From Callorhinchus milii (taxonomy: Eukaryota), in contig NW_024704742.1 in assembly GCF_018977255.1 (NCBI RefSeq), positions 122,204,001 to 122,268,000 of the forward strand: DNA of 64,000 bases, given 5' to 3'. This document shows, piece after piece, positions 12,517 to 25,963 of the stretch. Every line of letters starts with the position of its first letter. The stretch's first letter is position 1. Below the pieces are notes generated by a model. The model was not told where the DNA came from. It ran no database searches and saw only the letters and a list, made by a program, of their open reading frames with translations. The position numbers and the translations under genes are program-made.

Positions 12517-13422
12517 AAATAAAACTATTCTTTAGGTTTAGCTAATAGGCTTTAGATGCTCTTATATTAAACCGAGCTTTCCATTCAGTAACATTGCATA
12601 TTACTTTTTAACTTTGGTTGAAATGAATTCCTGCAGACAGCTGCATTCCTTGTGCTAAGATGTGTGAGCTTTTCTATGTGTAATGCAGAGCATTTGAGAG
12701 GTGAGCAATGTGCTGATTAGATATTTGATAAAAATCCGTATGTAATGATGTTACAAGCAAAAATTGTATCAGTGAATATCTAGCCATAAATGCCCCATAC
12801 CTAGCCATGGGAGACCCACAGGACAGTACGTATACAGCACAGTAAGTATCTATTGACAGCTACTGTAATGGACACATCAGCATAAAACTATGACAACCTC
12901 CGAGGCTAACACTCACCACCATTCAGGTAACCGATTTGTGCTGAAATTTGTCAAAATACTTAGTTTCCTCCAATAAACACATTTACTTTTGCTGTTGTAC
13001 TACTAACACCCAATAGAGGGTACTGTTATATTTTGAACAAAATCTATCAATTCTGAATACTTACATTTTATTGGATTGAGTTCAGTTCCCATAGACAGCC
13101 TTGAGGATATGGATGAGTGCCATTTCTCTGATTCAGATATGATATTGGTTCAGGCAAATGTCAGCTTTTCAGTGTCTTTAACAAGAGTCTTTGTTATGCT
13201 AGTTAGGTAAAAGTCATGTGTTTTAATGGAGTACAGTGCTGGAGTAGTTTTAGGAGCACTCCCAAGATGCTATCTGGCATGAAGGCTTTGATATAATTGC
13301 AAATTGTTGTTGTTAGGAGCTCTGCAATTGGGTTCAGCAATCCTGGGCTGGGAGCAAATATAAAAGAGACAGGATTCTCTCTACTGAGCTATATGCAGCA
13401 GTCCCTGTTAGGCAGTGAAAAC

Positions 13423-13663
13423 AAATAATAATAATAATCCTTGCATTTGATATAGCGCTTTTTATGTCTTCTTGACCTCTCAAAGCGCTTCACAGAATAG
13501 ACTGTGAAGTGAATTGACTGTATATTTGTGGGCGAAACGCAGCAGCCAATTGCGCACAGCAGTGTCCCACAAACATTCGTGGATTGAAGTGACCAATTTA
13601 TTAATGTTTTTTGTTTTGGAGGGATTATTATTAGGTGTGTGGAGTAAGGAAACTTGCCCAAGG
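13423..13663 (-). mobile_element. tRNA-derived SINE, short subfamily, 5'-truncated
   Basis: Near-identical to the body of 23078-23385. Confidence 0.85.
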
Positions 13664-14292
13664 TTAACATAGTGAACCTATGTAAAGAAGTGAGGAGAGG
13701 ACCAACCTTGTCTGTGGTGTCCCCTATGTCAATCTATCAAGCCCAGGCACTCATCCATAAAGAATAACCACTTGAGCGAGGTACTGGAAGGATGCAGAGT
13801 CCAAAGAGCCCAAATCATGGCAGGAATCAGCAACTTCAGAAGCGAGGGTAGATGTGGAGTAAAGAAAGTAATCCAATACCAATACTTCTAGTTACACCAA
13901 GGGAAGAAAGCACAAGTTCAGGATTGAGAAGGGCAATTTTTGAACAGACCTCTACCTACCTCTATTAGAACCAATTGCTGGATTGGTTTACCTAGAAGAG
14001 TGGTTCAGAGGAGGCCATTTGTTTAAGAAACACATAGATTCTAGAAATGACAAACAATAGCAACATGGTTAGTGGGTATTCTGGAAAGATAAGATCTAAA
14101 GTCTCAAAGCACTTCACAGAATATACTGTAAAGTGAATTGACTGTTAATTTTGTGGGCAAAATATGCTAAATATGTTGAATGCAGAAATCGAAGGTTGAG
14201 AAAGCAAGAGAGCTATTGTAATCCAAATACTTTTGATTAGTTCAGGAGAGGACAGCTTAAAAAAAAGGCAAACAAAGACAAATAAAGTCTAA

Positions 14293-14465
14293 TCTCTGCT
14301 GAAGACCTTTCTTCTCTAGTGAAGACCTTTCTTTTTGACCGTGCCTTTGGTCACCTTCCCCCCCCTCCCCATAGCTCGGCCCCAGGATCCGAAACTGTAA
14401 AGCCCTCTGAGACGACGGCCGGCGTGGCGGGCGCTATATAAATCCAAGTTGTTGTTGTTGTTGTA
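14293..14465 (+). mobile_element. 3' end of a second L2 subfamily (another copy at 38150-38362)
   Basis: CCCAGGATCCGAAACTGTAAAGC...GGGCGCTATATAAATCCAAG(TTG)n shared with 38280-38362. Confidence 0.8.
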
Positions 14466-15589
14466 GTGGGCCAAAGGATCTTCTTCATTTGAACCTGGGG
14501 GGGAATCATTTCCCATTTGATGGCTTGGACAGTAGTAATCTGATAGACTTTCTCATATGTAGGACAATTGAGTAGGTTTGGATCTGGTCCTCTTCTGCTG
14601 CATAAATCTCTTTTTGCTGAACAAGCAGCTTTACTGTGTAAAGTCTGTCTTGAGTACTCTGGAGTCATCTGTATACATTAGGACCTCCTGCCAGCATTCA
14701 AGCCAGTTGGCGTCTGTCTTTGTAACACATTTCAGCTGCTCGGCAAGCAGCAATGTACATTGAGGACTTTTTTTCTTCACCAAGCCCATTGGCAGTCTGT
14801 TAATGACACAGGCGTGCTTTATCCTCGTTACTGAAAAAATGCTGGGTTTTTAAATGATCATCCCACTTGGAAGAGCTCTAGTTGTTGTCCACAAATTTTT
14901 CCAGGAAGTACATTTAGAACAACTCCAGACATTGTTTTAACTTGTTATTCAGTCATGTCTGAATGATTCTACAGTACATTCATCCTTTTAGCATTCTAGG
15001 GTATCACTGAAATGGATGGTATGCCAACATATTTCTTTATAATTATACAGATAATTTGATACAGTAAACTTCCTTCAAGAGTGCTCCCAGACTGCACAAT
15101 ATCTTATTCCTCAATAACCTTTAACTCTTTATATTCCCCAATTCTGTATAAGACTTAAATACTATCATACAGTCAGACTTCATTGTAACAGAGGTTTAAA
15201 TTGATAAAATCAAACTTTGTGTTATAATGGGTTGTACTCTAAAATGGCTGCCGGTTAACACTTCCAGGTTGGCTGGTTGCTGATAATCTCGCCAATTACT
15301 TAATTGTACTATAATGTTTACATCTTCTTACTGGGACACTAGGAAGCCTTCTAAGCCTACACTGCTGGTATATCATGGGTTGCCTAGGCAAGCATGCTCT
15401 AAAATGGACCTGCACTATTTAGAGGTAATAATAATCTTTGCATTTGTTATAGTGCCTTATCGCAATGCCGAGGTGTCTCAAAGTGCTTTAGAGGATGTAC
15501 TGTAATATGTAGGGGCAGGGACACTTCACACTCAGCTGCCTTTAACCCTAAAGCCCTATCGGGTAGGGTGGTCCTAGTTGGATAAGCAG

Positions 15590-15880
15590 CGGGAAAGCTT
15601 GCCAAGCAGTGGAGTGAAGTGAGGTGTAAGCAGATCGGAAAGGTAAGGAGGTCCCAGGGCATAAAATGATTTGTACACCGGTGTGAGGATCTTGAAATTG
15701 TTCCATTCTGCAATAGGAAGCCAGTGGAGCCTGGCAAGGACTGGGTAATGGGGATACGGAGTTTGGTATGGCTGATGATTCAGCCATTAGAGTTTGGAAT
15801 TGAATTTTATGATCGGTGGAGTTGGCGAGGAGGTCATTAGCATAATCGAGGCGAGAGGTAACAAATGCGTGGATAAGAGA
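15590..15880 (-). mobile_element. Old L2 fragment
   Basis: Minus strand encodes HAFVTSRLDYAN and LARLHWLP motifs. Confidence 0.75.
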
Positions 15881-16204
15881 AAAGACAAACAGGTAACCTG
15901 AGAAACTACCAGAGCTGCGATGTTATCCATAGTCAAATAGTTTGTTTGTACACACCAACTGACTCATAATAAATAGCCACATTGGCAAGGTTATCACGAG
16001 ATATCATAACTCACCTAGTCTGAGTCAATAACAGATGTTTGGTTTGAATAACAGAAACTCACATCTGCAATGAATTAGATCAAAATGCCTCTTTTGTACA
16101 AAGATGTTCAGGGATGAACTTGAATGGGGATGGTGTATGGAGCACAAAATAACAGTGATTCATAAATGAATCTAGGTACTCTAATGTTTTGATGTCTTCC
16201 CACA

Positions 16205-16580
16205 TCCATTTTCAAATCCCACCATGCCCTGGCACCTCTCTACCTATCCGATCTGCTTACCCCCACTTCACCAGCGGCATCCTTCAGTCAGCTGGCTCTG
16301 GCCTCATGTTTGCCCCTCATCCCCTCTGCTGCAACATCAGTGGCTGTGCCTTCAGCCACTACAGCTCAAAACCCTGGAAATCTTTCCTTCAATACCTCTG
16401 CCTTGCCCCCTCCCTTCCTACCTTCAAATCCCCACCTAAAGACCTTCCTTTTTGATCGTGTTTACAGTCACCTCCCCCTCCCTCTCTTCCTAGTTCGGCA
16501 TCAGACTCCGCCACTGTCAAGCACTCCGGGACGCTATCCCGCGTGAAGGGCTCTATATAAACGCAAGTTATTGTTATAGT
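16205..16580 (+). mobile_element. Old L2 3' fragment
   Basis: GCAFSH...FKS...LKTFLFD motifs and GTGAAGGGCTCTATATAAACGCAAG tail. Confidence 0.75.
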
Positions 16581-17515
16581 TGTTGATGCACCAACATACT
16601 GTTCTGTGCAGTAGAGACCTGCAGTGCGGGATTACGCCAACCACATAGTGGGTTTTGATCTTGTGCATAAACTTGAAAGCGAACAGCCAAAGCGTGACTC
16701 CACAGGAGGGAAACTTGGGGTGTGATCCCATACAGTCCTTACCAGGTCAATGCAATTGCATGGGTTCATACCTGGTTATTTTCTACCTTCTCAGAAAAGG
16801 GATGATGCATAGTGTCCGGGATTGAAGGGATGGGAGATGAATAACCAAAGGCAAATGGAAAATTAAAAACTTCACTGCACTTCAACTAATTCCAAACAGC
16901 TCATCCTTTCATTAGTGAAGAGAGACTAAATTTATACAGACGTTGGGTGTTTGATCTATGAGGATAGCAGAAGCTGAGGACAATTGCAATGGAGAAGAGA
17001 TAATTGAGAGGTTATTGTATTGAATTCTGAAGGATATATGCGGTCTGGATTCAATACATTAGTCAAGATGTGGGTTACATGTGGAATGCTTTCTTGCATT
17101 GAGTGAATTGTATGGTTAGTTTAAAAAGGGGATTGAATAGGCGATTGACTGTCGGGAGTGATGGTATTTCAGCTGGATGGATTGCAATTTGTCTTTTTAC
17201 ATTCTCCATATTTCGACGTACCTATGCTGCAGTGCTCAGCTGTAGCATACTCCAGAACTAGCTGCTGTCCCCAAGCAACGATTAGACAAGCTAGGACTCT
17301 TAAGTGTTGGGAAAATAAATCTTAGGGACCTTATAAAGATGTATATAATTTTAAATGGGATTGAAAAAGTAAACGCTGGACAATGCTTTAGGATGCACCA
17401 AGACGACATAGGTTTAGAGTCACAAAAGGCAATTTCAGAACAGACACTAGGAAGGTTTTCCTTACCCCGGGACTAATTAATGCCAGGAAGGTGGTTTAGG
17501 CCATGACAATGGACT

Positions 17516-18098
17516 CATAAGAACATAAGAATTAGGAGCAGGAGTAAGCCATTCGGCCCCTCTAGCCTGCCCCGCCATTCAATGAGATCATGGATCTATT
17601 CTAACTTCACCTACCCACCTTAACCCCATATCCATTAATCCCTTTATCCACAAGAAATCTATCAAATCTCAGTTTTGAATATGTTCAAGGACTGAGCATC
17701 TGCAGCCCTTTGGGGTAGAGAATTCCATAAATTCACTACCCTCTGAGTGAAGAAGTTTTCCTCAACTCAGTGCGAAAGGGCTTACCCCTAATTTTAAGAC
17801 TGGGACTCCTGGTTATAGTTTCTCCAACCAGGGGAAAAAGTCTCCCACTACTATTCTGTCGTGCCCCTTAATAATCTTATAGGTTTCTATAAGATCACCT
17901 CTCATTCTTCTATATTCTAGAGAATATAGGCCTAAATTGCTCAACCTATCCTCATAACTCATCCCCCTCATCCCAGGTATCAACCTAGTGAATCTATTTT
18001 GTATCCCCTCCAAGGCGAGTACATCCTTTCTTAAATAGGGAGACCAAAATTGCACACAATACTCTAGGTGCGGTTCACCAGGGCCCTATACAGTTGCA
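17516..18098 (-). mobile_element. CR1 LINE 3' fragment nested in an older plus-strand CR1 (about 17270-18210)
   Basis: QFWSPYLRKDVLALEGIQNRFTRLIPGMRGMSYEDRL...RGDLIETYKI; (TTCTTATG) tail. Confidence 0.92.
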
Positions 18099-19039
18099 TC
18101 TAAGAAAGAGCTTGATGCTGTGATGGGAAGTTGGTAGGGTATTCTGGAAGGATGCGATCAAATTGGTCGAAGGGCCTTTTTCATCCAAACTAACCTTGAT
18201 GATCTTGTGATGTGCAGGAACCTTTCCAACATGCTGACACTATATATCTTGTACGGACAGGCTTCTTGCCATATAGGGAGGAATAGTGGAAATAGTCGCA
18301 TTCATTTCTTAACTTGTTGTTGTATGTCCAACCTGCCTCCAAAAAATGGGTAAATACAGAAAAGAATTTTGGGAGGAGTTAGGATTTCAAATTCTATCAA
18401 ACTTCAGCTGAGAGTGTGCATGTTCTATACTCGGCATTTCTTTCTTTCTGTTTTGATCTATATTAATAATGGCCCTTGCATTTGATATAGCGCCCTATCA
18501 TGTCACCGAGACGTCTCAAAGCGTTTCACAGAATATACTGTAAAGTGGTTTTGACTCTGTGTTTTGTGGGTGAAACCCTGTACAAAAGTAAGGAAGATAA
18601 AATCGTTCAACCTTTAACTTTGTGTTTTATGCAGCACTTGGCAATTTCAACAGATTCATGAATCACAACTCCATGAAAACTCCATTTGAGCTAATAATCA
18701 AGTTCTATGTTAGCTAAGAGCACTGTATTGGCTAAACTACTTATTATGGTTAAACATTATTTGCTGGAAGTGCAGCAAAAAGCTTTTTATTATGGGACAC
18801 CGTTGTGCGCAATTTGGCTGCTGAGTTCACCAACACTTTACAATAAATCCTGTGAAGCACTTTGAGACATCCTCCTGATGTGAAAGAAGTTATACAAAAT
18901 GTAAGTTTTTTTATGTATGGCACTCTTAAAAGATTAGGGAGTGATTAACTTGTTACCAGTGTGTTTCATCTAACTACCTTTCAAAGCCATAGAAAATTGC
19001 TCTTTTTTAGGTAGCTATAAACTTCCATTTTGAAAGTTA

Positions 19040-19420
19040 ACATGAATCCTTCCTCAAACATTGAACCAGGCAGGACATTCCACATCCTAACAACTTTTAT
19101 TTCAAGAAATTCATCCTAATTTCCACCTCTGCTTCCTTGCTAATTATCTTAAATTCATACCCTTTAGTCACGGACTTGGGACGTTCTCCCGATATGAAAG
19201 GCGCCATGCAAATGTAATCTTGTTGTTGTTGTTCTTACTGACCAGTGGAAATAATTTCTCCCCATCGATTGTATTAGACCTTTGGAGTTTTAAAAATCTC
19301 TATCAGGTCACCTATAAAACTTCTCTGTTCCAAACAAAAGCAGGCCAATTCCATAAGTCTCAGCTCATAGGTCAAACCACTCATTATCCTAGTAAATCTC
19401 TTCTGGACTTGACATCCTTC
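19040..19420 (-). mobile_element. Old CR1 fragment with a short L2 tail inserted at about 19176-19233
   Basis: VQKRFTRIMSGLTYELRL...GDLIEIFK; the plus-strand insert is TGGGACGTTCTCCCGATATGAAAGGCGCC...(TTG)n. Confidence 0.75.
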
Positions 19421-20809
19421 CAACTCCGTTATACTTTGGTTGTGCTGAGGCCAAGGGTTATAAGCTACAGCTGTTGATATTTCCTCTGCTGTACATGGAA
19501 CCAAGCTATTTATGCTGGAAGGATACATTGAATAAAAGCAAGATTCCGGAGTGGGTGGAAAACAAGCTCCTTTAGCAGGCCCAGATGATTAAGCGGTAAC
19601 CATTTAGCTGACTTTCACACCTTTGTACATATGTCCTCAGTGAATGCTGGGAGGAGATGTTCCAATCTGCAGTAGAATGCCATTGGATTGTGAACAGCCC
19701 CAGAACTTCTCATCCTTTCTGTGCAGCTGCTGTCAGCTCTAGGTTTCAGGCGTGGTACCTGCTCATGTGTTTTAAGACCCTCTGATGCCACGACGCTTTT
19801 TTTTCTGTTGCATTGTGAATGATATGTAACCTGCAGCAAGTCAGCATTAGAGATTTTCTGCAAACTCCTGGAATTCTGCGAACTGCTTTACATTTAACTT
19901 ATTTCTTTTCATAGAATCTCGCAGCACAGGATGCCATTTGGCCTATCTTGCTTGTGCCGGCTTTTTGAAAGAGTAATCTAACTAGTCCCGTTCTTACCCC
20001 ATAGCCCTGCAATTCTTTTCTTTTTAAGTACCTATCCAATTCCCTTTTGAAAGCTGCTATTGATTTATTATACTATTTTATTTGAAACATTTTAATTGGA
20101 TTTATTCTCTCTCATTTTTTCTCCCCCTGTTGGCACACTGCTTTTCTGCTCCTGGTCTGGGCTCCTCATGCTGGGATGACGTTTACACAGGCACAGTTGT
20201 TTTCCTGTAACTCACCTCAAGTGTCCATTGTGTGAGCAATATGTGAGCCTCAGCAGTGAGAGTCAGCATACTCGATGATGGAGGACATCACAGCCTGACC
20301 TCTCCTCACTCGGCTGCTACGCGCATAGACTATCAGTAGAGGGCCTTATAGAAAGTCAAGATGGAACTGATTTTACTCTACCTAAACCCCAAGAAAGCCA
20401 GTGCCAATTTAGCCAGCAAACAAGCATCAGGATTCTAACCAGAAAGCTCCCTGTCCATAAGCCGCAGCTCTCTCCACTGGACCATAGACCTGTAAACTAT
20501 TTCTTAAAGATAATATTTATTTTGTGCAGCTTTGGTTGATTTGACCTTTTAAAAATTACAAAATGTTCAACATCAATACATCATTTAATGGTAAATTTTC
20601 AGGCAGACTAATTTTATTTGAATGACTTGTGTTATTTAGTACGCACACACACACAGACTGCTGGTTTGTGTCTCATCTCACACTGCTCCATTTGACTTCA
20701 CAAGTTAGAGGTGCGGACAGCACACTGTTTACTATTGCTTATCAGGATCAAAGACACGTCAGCATCAACGTCAGTGCCTGTCTGATTATTGTATGTCAGG
20801 TGTTTTTCT

Positions 20810-21070
20810 TTATACACACACACTTGCACACAGAAACATATAAATACAAAAGAAAACCACACAGATAAACACACACATAACACGTAAATATAAAAAACAC
20901 CACACAAAACAAACACTCACGTACAGACACACACAAATAAATACATATAAACAAACACAGAAACTTGCCTACATAAACACATCAATATATATAACACACA
21001 CGTAATTACACATCTCATGCACGTACACATAAGTTCATATAAACAAACACACTTCAACACATACACGTCT
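20810..21070. repeat. Degenerate (CA)/(AC)-rich low-complexity tract
   Basis: Runs of ACAC/ATAC/AAAC. Confidence 0.7.
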
Positions 21071-22526
21071 TTGTTTTGAAGATTCCATTTTATTCCACCT
21101 TTTTATTTTCTTGTCTTCCTGCCATATGTTTATCATTAATTGATTCTGTTTCTCCTTATTGTTAGCAGCTCCTGACCTATATTTATTGGACAGTAGTTTC
21201 AGTCCACTGGCAGAACTGATTGTTCAACCCAGAGCCTCAAACCCTCCTGTTTGGCTTTAACCATTCCTTAACCCAGATTTCATGGTCCAACTGTACTATA
21301 TAGTGTGCTTCACAGAGATAGGGTCAGATCTCTAACAAGAGAGGAGTGGGAGGGTGGAGGTGACCAAAATCCCGGTTGAAGAGTTCAGTTTTCAGGCAGG
21401 CTTTAAAGATGGATTAGAAAGTTGGAGAGAGCAAGATTGAGGGAGTTCCAGAGGTTAGCATACAGCTGCTTATCCTCTTTCATCAATGAACCATTAAACT
21501 AAGCGCTTCTCTTTCTGTTTTCAGGTGTTACCAATGACACTTAATAACAATAACAAAAGAGAAGGAAGGTTCTCCAGATTAATTGGTCAATCATATTGCT
21601 TATCCTTATCGCTGCTTGCGGGATCTTGCTGCGTATAAAATGGCTGTTGCTTTTGCCTATGAAAATGATCACTACACTTGACGATAATGTCCGAAAAGTG
21701 CATTTTGAGACATTTCAACATATTATAAAAATGCAATTTTCTGATTTTTTTTCTTTACTGGATACCCCAAGGTTTAAACTGGAAAATTGCCACTTGCTTT
21801 AAGCACGGTGATTATTCGTGAATATTTCTGCTGGGAGTTTTGCTGCAACAGGATGATTTTTTTTACGAAAAAGATAAATCGATTTGTTGTGGCACTGAAT
21901 TTGAGAGAGATGCTCTTTCAGCAGGCATCACATACCATGAGAAACACACACCACTGAAAAGCCCTTTGTTCTGCTCCATGATTCATTGCAACTTGATAGG
22001 CCTCTAGGCCTTATTTTCCACTGCTTCTCGTCTGTGTGTTTCTATGTACGTAACTTATTACATATTGTGGTCAAAATGTAACGTCCTTTATTCTCTTCAG
22101 CTGCTGGCGAAATCTAACTTCACACCCATTTATGATTACAACAACTTGCATTTACATAGCGCCCTTCATGATTACAATGAAGGGGTTGAACACCGAACAA
22201 GGGAGAGAGGAAGGTGAGGGTGTGGTTGAAAAGGTAGGTTTAAAGCTGAGTTTGAAGATAGGGAAGGTGGGGGGGTGAGACAGAGCGGGAGAGGGAGGAA
22301 GTTCCAGAGGTTACAGATACACAAGCTGAAGGCTCATGGTGGCACAGAGTGGGTGGGAACATGCAGCAGATCAGAGTTAGCAGAGTGGAGGACTTGAAGG
22401 AGGTAGGAAGAGATCACAAAGATAATTAAACATTTCTGGCCACTTCACTGGACTGGTTGCGCTTCTCTGGCCACGAGTTTCTATCGAAAATAAAATTGTT
22501 AGAAATGTAATGAGATTGGTTGTATT

Positions 22527-22882
22527 TAATAATAATAATAATCGTTGCATTTGATATAGTGCCTTATCACATCTTCGAGACATCTCAAAGCGCTTCACAG
22601 AATATACTGTAAAGTAAATTGACTGTATATTTTGTGGGCGAAACGCAGCAGCCAAGTTCACACAGCAGTGTCCCACAAACTCAATCATGGATTGAGTGAC
22701 CAAATTTATTATTTATTTATTTTGAAGGAATTATTAGCCACAGAAAGCATTCTGGCAATCGACTAACGACCAAGTTCCTACTTTCTGCTAGGTAAACAGA
22801 GGTAGTAAGGGAAGTTGCCTAAGGTTTTACCCTGCCCAGGAATCGAACTTGGGTCCTCTTGCATGAGAGGTGGGTGCTCTAG
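22527..22882 (-). mobile_element. tRNA-derived SINE, long subfamily
   Basis: Contains CTGCTAGGTAAACAGAGG, the Deu-like core and an (ATT)n tail. Confidence 0.85.
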
Positions 22883-23077
22883 CAACAACTTGCATTTATA
22901 TAGTGCCCCTCACGCAGGGTACCGTCCCTGAACTGTTGTAAAGTTGCTTAAAATATAACTTTAAAATTATTGAAAAGGACAGAAGACGATTTCAGTATAA
23001 TCCAAGTTTATTTATTTCCTTTTTGTTAGAAATGGAAATGTCTATAGACATGGTGTGTGGAATGCTCAGTGCATGGT

Positions 23078-23385
23078 AATAATAATAATAATAATAATCG
23101 ATATATTTGATATAGCGCTTTTCGCATTTTCTAGACGTCTCAAAGCGCTTCACAGAATAGACTGTAAAGTGAATTGACTGTATATTTGTGGGCGAAACGT
23201 GGAAGCCAATTGCGCACAGCAGTGTCCCACAAACAGTCATGGATTGAAATGACCAATTTATTATTTTTTTCTTGAGGGATTATTATCAGGGGTGTGGAGT
23301 AAGGAAACTTGCCCAAGGTTTCACCCTGCCGGGAATTGAACCCAAATCTCTCACTTGCAAAGCGAGTGCTCTAACTACTGAGCTA
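23078..23385 (-). mobile_element. tRNA-derived SINE, short subfamily with GAGACGTCTAGA-type tail
   Basis: Full head to tail, (ATT)n end. Confidence 0.88.
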
Positions 23386-23784
23386 TATTCCACATGTGCA
23401 GAACCAGGCTGGTCAAAAATAATAATTTTTTTCAATAATTACCACAGATAACATCAAAGAAATTTCATCAATTTAGTGTAATATCATTAAAATCACATTA
23501 CTGTTATTTAATTTAGCAGTTTCTCATGTTAAAAATGGACAATACAAATTTATGTTTAGATAGCATCTAAATCCAACTTCCAGCTTGGGCGCAAACTCCT
23601 GGGCCACCCTCCTGACATGAAAGGTGCTATATAAATGCAATTTGTTATTGCTGTTGTGTGTGCTATTGAATGTTATTAGAGAGTTGATGCTTTAGAAACA
23701 TTTTTAAAAAGTCTATTCAAACTGATAGGATTGAGAGCTTTCAATAACTCACAATGGAGCTGTCTGAACGTGATTTGTATCTGT

Positions 23785-24000
23785 CATAGAATCGTACAGC
23801 ACAAAAAGAGGCCATTCGGCCCATCAAGTTTGTGCCGGCTCTTTGAATAGAGCAATTAATATCAATCCCACTCCCCAGCCCTTTCCCCATAACCCTGCAA
23901 TCCCGTCCTCCTCAAATACCCGTCCATCGCATTTTTAAAGTTGTTATCGAATCGGCCTCGACCACCCTTTCGACCACCAGTGCGTTCCAGATTCGAACAA
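23785..24000 (-). mobile_element. CR1 LINE 3' end
   Basis: FKNAMDGYLRRTGLQGYGERAGEWD; 3'UTR GGGCCGAATGGCCTC...GATTCTATGA. Confidence 0.8.
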
Positions 24001-25305
24001 CTCACACAGCTGCTGAAATCACCTTCTCCAGGTGGTGTCAGGAACATAGCTCTAGTGCATTTCACACTGTCTCAGCCTCCATTTATATAGTCTGTTTAGT
24101 GGCAAATCACAGCAAGTTCCCACACAACAAACAGTTTAAAAGCAGGATAACAAACGGTCCCTTGTTAACAGTCCCAGTGGATCTGTTGTTGCTTAACAGT
24201 AAATTGTTGCAGTTTTGCTCAGTATTTTCAACCATTGCTGAAGCTATGAGAGTGAGCAGTGTGATCAGTCTATGATTATTGCTAGGGAATAAGTTTCCTC
24301 AACGGTGTGGTTAAGTAATTTTCGCATGGTAAGTTCAGATCAAAACAGTCACTTAGCAGCACTAAGAATTATCAGCCACAAATGTTTTTTNCAGTAAAAC
24401 CAGTAAATGACATAATACCTGCAATAAGCAAAACAATTTGGATTAACATGTCAACTCTGATGTACCCAGATAGTGACCTAGTTGTTTTCTATTCACAAAA
24501 AGGAAAATAAAGCAATGGATTCTAGATTAGGTTATTGGTGGTGCTCACGTCACAAGGATTTATGGGAATAACTGAGGCCATTAACATGAAGACGTTGAAT
24601 CTTTTTATGGCTCTTCCTATTTATGTCATAAAGTAACTTGTTTACATTCACTCTTACATTTTATTGCCCCATATTAACTTGCATTGAACTATCATCTTAA
24701 TCAGAAATTATTCCACATCACACATGCATGAGGGCAAAGATTTACAATAATAATAATCCTTGCATTTTGATATACCGCCTTATCATGTTGACAAGATATC
24801 TCAAAGTGCTTCATAGGATTTTACTGTGCAATGTAGTGACTGTTTTGTGGGCAATCACAACAGCCAAATTTGCACACATTATTGTTCCCCAAACAGTCAT
24901 GTAGTGAATGACCAACTTTATTTAGCCAGGACACTGGGAGAAACTCCCTTCTCTTTTTGACTAATGTCATGGGATCTTTAACATCACCTGATCAGGAGAC
25001 AGGACCTTGGTTTAACATCTGAACTGAAAGATGTATTATTTGTCTTCTTTATTTATGCATAATGTCAACTCACATTTCTATGGTTCCAGCCCTTAGTTAA
25101 TAATTAAGACAGTCAACAGTTATGCAGAGAGATTTACAAACAAAAGCCTACAAAGTAAGCTGTTGTTACCTAATTGTAAGCGAAAGCAGGCGCTTTCAAG
25201 GATGTTTCATGAGTTTCAACACTGGATGAAAAGCCTATGATGTTTGGCTGAATTTCCCGAGCATTTTCTTTTACTGATTCAGACTTTAAATGACCCAGTT
25301 GGACA

Positions 25306-25963
25306 AGCACCAGGCTTCGGGACCACATCACTCCCACCCTCGCTCGCCTCCACTGGCTCCCCATCCCCCAGAGGATTGATTTCAAGATCCTCATCCTCAC
25401 CTACAAGGCCATTCACGGCCTTGCTCCCTCCTACCTCTCCAACCTACTATCCCCCTACCTACCTGCCCGTACCCTCCGTTCCTCTGGCTCCGGTCTGCTC
25501 CACGTCCCCCGCCCCAACCGCCCTACCATCGGTGGTCGGGCCTTCAGCCTCTCAGCCCCCAGGCTCTGGAACTCCATCCCCCAGTGCCTTCGCCGCCTCC
25601 TCCCTTTCCTCCTTCAAGACCGGTCTCAAGACCTTTCTCTTTGACCGTGCCTTCAGCTCCCCTCTCGACTCTCTTCCCCCTCCTCGCTCCCTCCCTTCCC
25701 TCCCCTCACCCTGACCATTTCCCCCCTCCTTGCTCCCTCCCTTCCCTCCCCTCACCCTGACCATTTCCCCCCTCCTCGCTCCCTCCCTTCCCTCCCCTCA
25801 CCCTGACCATTTCCCCCCTCCTCGCTCCCTCCCTTCCCTCCCCTCACCCTGACCATTTCCCCCCTGCTCGGGTCATGACCCAACAGTGCAGCGCCTTGGG
25901 ACGTCCTCCTGACGTGAAAGGCGCTTTATAAATGGAATCTTGTTGTTGTTGTTGTTGTTGTTG
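25306..25963 (+). mobile_element. Young L2 3' fragment with an internal 46-bp x4 tandem duplication (about 25676-25865)
   Basis: LARLHWLPIPQRIDFKILILTYKAIHGLAPSYL coding, CpG-rich, (TTG)n tail; CTGACCATTT recurs at 25711, 25757, 25803 and 25849. Confidence 0.92.
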
